Source: an uncultured virus (IMG/VR IMGVR_UViG_3300002835_004837) (lineage: Duplodnaviria; Heunggongvirae; Uroviricota; Caudoviricetes). From it: a DNA stretch of 62,719 bases. Location of the stretch: IMG/VR virus record IMGVR_UViG_3300002835_004837, one strand, 5' to 3'. The number at the start of each line of letters is the position of its first letter. The stretch's first letter is position 1. The notes beneath the pieces were generated by a model. The model did no database searches. It had not been told where the DNA came from and worked only from the letters and a program-made list of their open reading frames with translations. Position numbers and translations under genes: made by a program. This document shows, piece after piece, positions 57,256 to 62,719 of this stretch.

Positions 57256-57354
57256 TTACTTCCTCTTTTGACCTTTAGTCCGACGCATCTTGCGCTTTGT
57301 AGATCCTACCTTACGACGACCCTTGCGAGGTCTATTCTTATGTGGCCACGGCAT
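57256..57354 (-). CDS. 32-aa very basic peptide (not in the ORF track)
   Basis: MPWPHKNRPRKGRRKVGSTKRKMRRTKGQKRK; SD AAGGAG; fills the intergenic gap. Confidence 0.65.
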   Translation of the reverse strand: MPWPHKNRPRKGRRKVGSTKRKMRRTKGQKRK

Positions 57355-57357
57355 ATA

Positions 57358-57630
57358 TCACTCCTTCAATAGTTGCTTCACGGAATCAAGACGAAAGGAG
57401 CGCCAGCCACCTGCATCGATATCCCATACTGCTTGCACATTGTCATTTAGCTGCCGAGCATTCTTTGGTACCTGACCATCATACTCGGAAAGCATAGCAG
57501 GCTCAACCTGCGGAACATATAGATCGGAAAGTGTGGCTCGCATAGTGCGTTCCGTTCCGTCTGCCTTTTCAAAAACAACGGTAACAACACCGTTCTTTAG
57601 GTCTTCCTTTAGAGCATACTTATCAATCAT
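57358..57630 (-). CDS. WYL-like SH3 beta-barrel protein (DUF2693-type)
   Basis: V.V.FEK.DGTER.MRATL...VWDID..GWRSFR.D. Confidence 0.8.
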   Translation of the reverse strand: MIDKYALKEDLKNGVVTVVFEKADGTERTMRATLSDLYVPQVEPAMLSEYDGQVPKNARQLNDNVQAVWDIDAGGWRSFRLDSVKQLLKE

Positions 57631-57850
57631 CTTCTTTCTCCCACTCATAATCTTCATCTGCTTCATAGACATAAACATCACAGGAAAAATCTTCGTTTAC
57701 CATTTCGAGCATGGTCGTTTCGGTTTCTCCATCGGAAACTTTCGTTTCACGCAACCATTTATCGGTACCGACACATGCATCAGCATATGACGGATAAGTT
57801 CCAATTCTAACAGTGCCTAACATAGCAGATTCGAGTTCGGATACCCACAT
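57623..57850 (-). CDS. Acidic hypothetical protein
   Basis: 75-aa coupled ORF. Confidence 0.5.
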   Translation of the reverse strand: MWVSELESAMLGTVRIGTYPSYADACVGTDKWLRETKVSDGETETTMLEMVNEDFSCDVYVYEADEDYEWEKEDD

Positions 57851-57853
57851 GCT

Positions 57854-58081
57854 TTAGTTTCCTTCGCTGAACAATTTTTCTAACTCATTATAGCCCCCAA
57901 TATACTTTTTGTCAAGTGTTATTATTGGGAAAGTTCGAGCGTCAGGAAACATTTCCAGGATAGTATCCCGATCAAAATCCTTACCGAGTTTATACTCAGT
58001 AAATTCCTTGGCCTTTAGTTTCAGTAGTGTTCTCGCTTTATCGCAAAACACACACTGGTCTTTTGAATACACTGTAATCAT
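57854..58081 (-). CDS. nrdC: Glutaredoxin
   Basis: YSK..CVFC..A, ARTFP.I, YIGGY.EL. Confidence 0.92.
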   Translation of the reverse strand: MITVYSKDQCVFCDKARTLLKLKAKEFTEYKLGKDFDRDTILEMFPDARTFPIITLDKKYIGGYNELEKLFSEGN

Positions 58082-58087
58082 TCTTCC

Positions 58088-58486
58088 TCACTTCTTTTTC
58101 ACATGGGACTTTCTAACTCGCACCATAATCCATTCGTTATAGTATTGCTCGGAGATTAGCGCATCCCTATCAAACTGTTCCTTAGCCTCATAATACGACG
58201 CTTCGCCTTTGCTCTTACATAGACGGATGATTTCTCGGGTGAACTTCTCCTTACCGAAGATTTCCACGTGGTGTAAAAGTTCTTTATTGCTGCCATAGTA
58301 ATCCTGCCAATCGGAGTCGACCTGCTTCTTTACTCGCTTACCTTTCTTCTTGGTAGTGCGAGTGAATTTGAATAGTTTCTTCCCAATATATTTTCGCCCT
58401 GTAGGAACACAGGTGATGCAATATACGAAAGCTTGATAGCCTTCTGGGATTTCTTCTAAGGGTTTGTTCTCGTATGTCCATGTCAT
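58088..58486 (-). CDS. GIY-YIG family nuclease (conserved T4-like)
   Basis: FVYCIT...GRKYIGKK, SDW..YYGS, F.REI, YYN.WI. Confidence 0.8.
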   Translation of the reverse strand: MTWTYENKPLEEIPEGYQAFVYCITCVPTGRKYIGKKLFKFTRTTKKKGKRVKKQVDSDWQDYYGSNKELLHHVEIFGKEKFTREIIRLCKSKGEASYYEAKEQFDRDALISEQYYNEWIMVRVRKSHVKKK

Positions 58487-58498
58487 ACGAGTATATAG

Positions 58499-58717
58499 TT
58501 ATTCTTCGTAGTCTTCTATTTCAGGCGGAAACTTCTCGTTAAACACCTCATCAAATGCTGGATCGATATCAAGATAGCCGTCCATGCCTTTGATATCAAA
58601 CTCCTCAAGCACTTCTAAAAGAACCCTATAGACTTGTTCCCTTTCTAGAATGCCAACATCGCTTTCAACTAACTGTTCAATAAACTGTCCAAATATTGCG
58701 GCTCGTTCTCCTGCCAT
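58499..58717 (-). CDS. Acidic hypothetical protein
   Basis: 72-aa ORF, DPAFD motif. Confidence 0.55.
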   Translation of the reverse strand: MAGERAAIFGQFIEQLVESDVGILEREQVYRVLLEVLEEFDIKGMDGYLDIDPAFDEVFNEKFPPEIEDYEE

Positions 58718-59061
58718 CAGTCTTTATCCTTTCTGAAATAGGACATATAGGCTTGGAACGAATCTACCATTATATTATAACCGATGTTGGTTATCATCAA
58801 AATATTTCTGTACCACATATGAGTGGTACTCCTTGCCAGTATGTCTGGATCTTTTTCTTTTTTCTTTCGTTTAAATTTCTTTCGTAATAATGTTTTGTCA
58901 CTTATCATATTCTCGATGTATTGTGTTCTTTTTTCATTCAATACTTGTAGAGTGAGCAAGGTGGGATCAGGACCCATCACCCTCCTTGCCTTTCTCATTT
59001 TCTTTGCTAAGTGTCTAGCAATATGCAACTGTTCATGTAAAATTTCATCCAGTTCATTCAT
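58717..59061 (-). CDS. Hypothetical protein
   Basis: 114-aa coupled ORF. Confidence 0.5.
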   Translation of the reverse strand: MNELDEILHEQLHIARHLAKKMRKARRVMGPDPTLLTLQVLNEKRTQYIENMISDKTLLRKKFKRKKKEKDPDILARSTTHMWYRNILMITNIGYNIMVDSFQAYMSYFRKDKD

Positions 59062-59423
59062 AAAAGGTCCATTGTGAATAATGCACGAACATACTTGTTA
59101 GCATCGAACACAATTCGGTTTCTTGCGAATACAACGAAACCAAAGTCGCCCTTGCTCATTGCTTCATTCATGCTTGTGCCAGTTGTCCATACATCGTCAA
59201 CAACCAGACGAATAGGGTTCTTAGGGTCAGCATACTTTTCTAATGCTTTGGCTAGCTTCTCTCCTCCACGAGGAATACCATATACACGACCAAACTGGGT
59301 GCGTTCGCTAATCATCTTAGCAAGACATTCCCAATCTTCATCTGTCAAGGCGTCACACTCAATCTTCCAATCAAGTTCCTTGCCAGCATGTGAGGTGAAT
59401 TTGCCGAGTTGAAATAGGTTCAT
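59058..59423 (-). CDS. Minimal phosphoribosyltransferase-fold protein
   Basis: F.SHAG..L.WKIECD, GIPRGG, LVVDDVWTTGTSM (PRPP-binding motif). Confidence 0.8.
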   Translation of the reverse strand: MNLFQLGKFTSHAGKELDWKIECDALTDEDWECLAKMISERTQFGRVYGIPRGGEKLAKALEKYADPKNPIRLVVDDVWTTGTSMNEAMSKGDFGFVVFARNRIVFDANKYVRALFTMDLL

Positions 59424-59776
59424 TGGTTCTGCCCCTTTAGTGTAAAAAGAATCTTTCTAAATTTGTCTGAAACTTCATAGTTCTTCTGCGAACGATACTC
59501 TTGCATATATGCCTCTGAAAGAGCTATCACCATTTGGATGATTTTGTCTGTATCAGTAATCTTTTGTTCCGCCAGAGAAACTATTCGGTTCAAGTCAACC
59601 TTTTCACCTAGGTCTGCAAGACCATTCTGATATTGCGAGAGAAGATGCCTGCCATCTTCGGCAAGTATCTCTTGCTTTCTTTGTAAAAGGTCATCACGGT
59701 AATGGGTTTCCTCATTGACGCCATTCATAATAGCATTTAGAGTTACCCAATCACGCAATTTTTGTTTCCATGTCAT
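59420..59776 (-). CDS. Hypothetical protein
   Basis: 118-aa coupled ORF. Confidence 0.5.
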   Translation of the reverse strand: MTWKQKLRDWVTLNAIMNGVNEETHYRDDLLQRKQEILAEDGRHLLSQYQNGLADLGEKVDLNRIVSLAEQKITDTDKIIQMVIALSEAYMQEYRSQKNYEVSDKFRKILFTLKGQNQ

Positions 59777-60171
59777 GGTACAATCCTAATTGTTGTATCG
59801 GGATCCTGCTTTACGATCTGATATAGAGTAGCAGCATTCCCTGGAGAAAGGCGAACGCAGCCGTGAGAAGCGGGTCTGCCCAAAGCACCAACATGAGGAG
59901 TAGCGTGAATTGCATAACCACCGCTAAAAAAGATAGAGTGAGGCATTGGGGCATTGTCGAACTTCTTTGAGTAGTGCATTAGTTGAAGGGAGTAGGGGCG
60001 GAAAGTTCCAGTAGGTGTATAATAACCTCGGCGGGCAGTTGAGACGGGCCATTGATACGACCCATAATCACTATCAACCTGCATCAACTGGTGAGACTTG
60101 CTGATGGTGATATCTGTCTGTGCCATAGCTGGTGTTGTTAGTAGCATTGCTGCAATAAGTAGTTTCTTCAT
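59773..60171 (-). CDS. Secreted L,D-transpeptidase (YkuD family)
   Basis: Signal MKKLLIAAMLLTTPAMA; WPVSTA, TP.G, MP.SIFF.GGYAIHAT, LG.PASHGCVRL. Confidence 0.92.
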   Translation of the reverse strand: MKKLLIAAMLLTTPAMAQTDITISKSHQLMQVDSDYGSYQWPVSTARRGYYTPTGTFRPYSLQLMHYSKKFDNAPMPHSIFFSGGYAIHATPHVGALGRPASHGCVRLSPGNAATLYQIVKQDPDTTIRIVP

Positions 60172-60193
60172 TTCACTTTCTCCATTTTCTTCT

Positions 60194-60442
60194 CTATTTA
60201 CGATATTTGTCCATAATTGCATTGGCATCATCGTTATGTTGTTGAGCCATTTTTCTGTGGTGATCCTGAGATATAGGACTCTTAGTGCCCTTTGCTTTAG
60301 CGAGTCTATTTGCTTCCATATTTCTAAGAGAAATATATTTTCTTCTATCATTAGAATCTGTAATCGACTTAGATTCTTCATCTAAACTTTCTTCCCTAAG
60401 AGAACGGAACTTTTCTATGAAACTTTCTTTGATATCGGACAT
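60194..60442 (-). CDS. Hypothetical protein
   Basis: 82-aa ORF with SD AGGA. Confidence 0.55.
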   Translation of the reverse strand: MSDIKESFIEKFRSLREESLDEESKSITDSNDRRKYISLRNMEANRLAKAKGTKSPISQDHHRKMAQQHNDDANAIMDKYRK

Positions 60443-60460
60443 TTGTAAATCCTATGTTTG

Positions 60461-60528
60461 CTAAATAGAGGTGTAGGTCACAGGGCCGCATACCCTCACC
60501 TACTCTAACGCTAACTTGGAGCGCCAGC
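60461..60528 (+). promoter_or_regulatory. Late promoter CTAAATA and structured leader of the endonuclease gene
   Basis: GTAGGT...ACCTAC stem enclosing AGGG/CCCT; CGCT/AGCG stem over SD GGAG. Confidence 0.55.
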
Positions 60529-61179
60529 ATGTCTATTTATAGATCCCATCAACCACAGCGTCTAAATCAACCGAACGGTATGATTCCTCTTCCAAGCAAG
60601 GAAGAGTTCCTCCACCTATACCAAGACCAAAACAAATCCCGACAAGAGTTAGCATTATACTACAAAGTTCATAAAGGTACAATAGACAACTGGTGTAAAA
60701 AGTTTGGTGTAAAGAAAACCAAACAGCAACAGATTGACTTGGCATTACGGAATACTCCAAAGTTTAACAAAAGGAATGGAAAGTATAGTGAAAGTATTTT
60801 CCGCAAACGACCATATCTAAAAGACAAACCTGCCACATTCTACATCATTAGAGTTTATAATGATACGGAATCATTTTATAAGTTTGGTATTACCATACAC
60901 GACGCCAAAACAAGATACAAAGGCCGGTTTAGACAATACAAGTATGAAGTAATAGAAGAAAAGAAAATGTGTCTGTATGATGCCTTTCTTTTAGAATCCG
61001 CTTGCGTAGATTACAAGAACTCTAACAGACACATTTCTTATGAACCTCTACATCATTTTGAGGGACATACCGAGTGTGTTAGATGTCACACCCTCCTGCC
61101 GAACAAGCCAGGTTTTGCACGCCTTCCGTCTCATCCTCAAACTCTTGGAGAGTGTCCCAGTCCAAATGGGTTGGGATAG
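60529..61179 (+). CDS. Putative free-standing homing endonuclease (HTH plus GIY-YIG-like domain)
   Basis: HTH LY..Q.KS..ELA..Y.V..GTI..W; FYII...ESFYKFGIT...R; F.GHTEC; opposite strand to all neighbours. Confidence 0.7.
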   Translation: MSIYRSHQPQRLNQPNGMIPLPSKEEFLHLYQDQNKSRQELALYYKVHKGTIDNWCKKFGVKKTKQQQIDLALRNTPKFNKRNGKYSESIFRKRPYLKDKPATFYIIRVYNDTESFYKFGITIHDAKTRYKGRFRQYKYEVIEEKKMCLYDAFLLESACVDYKNSNRHISYEPLHHFEGHTECVRCHTLLPNKPGFARLPSHPQTLGECPSPNGLG

Positions 61180-62719
61180 TTGGCAACATTGCTTCGTAAA
61201 GGTCTTTACTGATTTCTTCATAGGGTGCCTGGCGGTAACTGCCTCCATCATAAGGTAAGAACGAAACGCCGGACATTTCATCAAAGTGTTCGTAAACCCA
61301 AGCACCGACCTTCATCCATTCTTCTTCTTTGACATTGATGGTAACAGATGGCTTATGTTCTGCCCATGCTTCCTGATAGACGGCCCATAGTTCCAGGTGC
61401 TTGATAGCGTCAATATCATCACGAACAACTGCACCCTTTGGTGCTTTCATTGGGAAAGAGAATACAGTTGTGGAGTCTGGCTTCATAACATCTGGCTCCC
61501 ATGGCACACCCTTGTCCTTCATGAACTGTGTTAGTGGATCCTTGTTATCAGCACGGACACGACGAATATAATATTGGCTATGGCGAGGATGAATACCAGA
61601 AGCCGAGTCACATAACTGAGATACTGTTCCAGAGGGCTTAACACAAGTAATAGCAGCAGCAGGATTAATCCCAAGTTTATCAGCGAGAACATTGTTTACC
61701 TCAACAGCATAGTCACGGAGAGAAGCAAGGCGTTCTTTGATGCCCTTGTCCTCTGGATTGTTGAATAGTTTGGAGTCATAGATGCCTGTAAGAGAAACAC
61801 CAAGTAGTCTTTCTTCTTCGGCGTTCTTAACCCAAATCTTTCTTAGATACGGGAAATCAGTGAGAGTAGATTGGAAAGTACCGAGAATAGTAGCAACCTC
61901 AATCTTTTCTTTAATCTGTTCAATGGTGTCTGCGGCTCTGATAACCACTTCCGTGAGGTTGCAAAATCCATATGGTCTAAGGATGATTTCGCTACACGGA
62001 TTTGTGCCGAATAACTGATCATGATTGCGTCTTCCGTTTCTTTTGGCAATTTTCTGACATGCTTCACGACTAAATAATCCTCTCTCTCCTGATTTGCTTT
62101 CGTATAGTGAAACCCATTCCTGCATGAATGTGCCGACTTCTGGCTTCTCATTATACACAGCACTATTGTTTGATAGGGCTCGCTGTGGATTTGCTTCCCA
62201 CCAAGCACCTGCTTTAGCATGACGCATACGGTCATCTGATAAGTTAGATAGGCTGATCATTGCGGAGCGACGAACGCCTCCGACTACTACGACCTCGCCT
62301 ATCTTACACATGATGTCATGGCACTCAAGGGATGTGAGGCGTCGACCATGTGCGTTCTTAAACATCTTAACAACAAACTTAAACAATTCTGAAAGCGGGC
62401 CAGGACCTGACGAACGACCACCAAATGTCTTTAGAGGAGCACCTGCTGGTCGAACCTTTGTCAGATCCCACTTGGGAATCTCACCCGTGTATAGCAATGC
62501 GATAAGCATACGCAAAGCCTTGGCCCATCCTTCCTTACTATCACGGACAGATATGATAGTTTCAGAATCAAACATCTTCTCTGGAATCTCTGGTAGTTGA
62601 TTGATGAACTGACGTTCAACAGAGAATCCAACACCAGTACCACATAGAAGAATAAACATGGCTTCGTCAAAAGCCTTTGGATCATCGATAGGTAGGAATG
62701 AACAGTTATAACCACAAGT
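61079..62719 (-). CDS. nrdJ: Class II (B12-dependent, monomeric-type) ribonucleotide reductase; 5' end off the window
   Basis: GYNCS, GTGVGFS, GGVRRSA, TNPCSE, FCNLTE, VKPSGTVS, C-terminal C...GC. Confidence 0.95.
   Translation of the reverse strand, partial: TCGYNCSFLPIDDPKAFDEAMFILLCGTGVGFSVERQFINQLPEIPEKMFDSETIISVRDSKEGWAKALRMLIALLYTGEIPKWDLTKVRPAGAPLKTFGGRSSGPGPLSELFKFVVKMFKNAHGRRLTSLECHDIMCKIGEVVVVGGVRRSAMISLSNLSDDRMRHAKAGAWWEANPQRALSNNSAVYNEKPEVGTFMQEWVSLYESKSGERGLFSREACQKIAKRNGRRNHDQLFGTNPCSEIILRPYGFCNLTEVVIRAADTIEQIKEKIEVATILGTFQSTLTDFPYLRKIWVKNAEEERLLGVSLTGIYDSKLFNNPEDKGIKERLASLRDYAVEVNNVLADKLGINPAAAITCVKPSGTVSQLCDSASGIHPRHSQYYIRRVRADNKDPLTQFMKDKGVPWEPDVMKPDSTTVFSFPMKAPKGAVVRDDIDAIKHLELWAVYQEAWAEHKPSVTINVKEEEWMKVGAWVYEHFDEMSGVSFLPYDGGSYRQAPYEEISKDLYEAMLPTIPTHLDWDTLQEFEDETEGVQNLACSAGGCDI

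Noticed and set aside
1..62719. Stop-codon reassignment
   Set aside because: Conserved genes are full length in the standard code, and TAA, TAG and TGA all end genes
61079..62719. Intein or intron in nrdJ
   Set aside because: Motif spacing in the visible part is continuous with no insertion

Overview
A 62.7-kb segment of a large T4-like (Tevenvirinae-type) myovirus genome. The host is most likely an alphaproteobacterium, judging from the permuted tmRNA, its tag peptide and RegR/PrrA-type promoter boxes. Positions 1-33.9 kb are the virion module: three related fibre genes built from 11-residue repeats, a DUF4815-like giant, baseplate gp8/7/6/25, an apparently split gp5, gp27/53, gp2, gp4, gp48/54/26/51 and a gp29-position protein carrying muralytic domains. 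Positions 34-62.7 kb are almost all on the minus strand and hold replication, transcription and accessory genes: gp32, gp59, gp33, exonuclease, PhoH, DenV-like, ligase, RtcB, RNase H, glutaredoxin, L,D-transpeptidase and class II RNR. The standout is a two-piece (circularly permuted) tmRNA whose intervening segment contains a complete HNH homing endonuclease gene, with its own late promoter and an RBS-sequestering hairpin. Several unannotated small ORFs resemble ArfA, RMF, bS22 and SutA; together with tmRNA, RtcB and a nucleotidyltransferase they suggest a ribosome-rescue/RNA-repair toolkit. Also notable are four early promoters each preceded by a GCGAC-N5-GTCGC palindrome, and a compact restriction-modification-like pair. 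All family calls come from motif recognition by eye; no database search was run.
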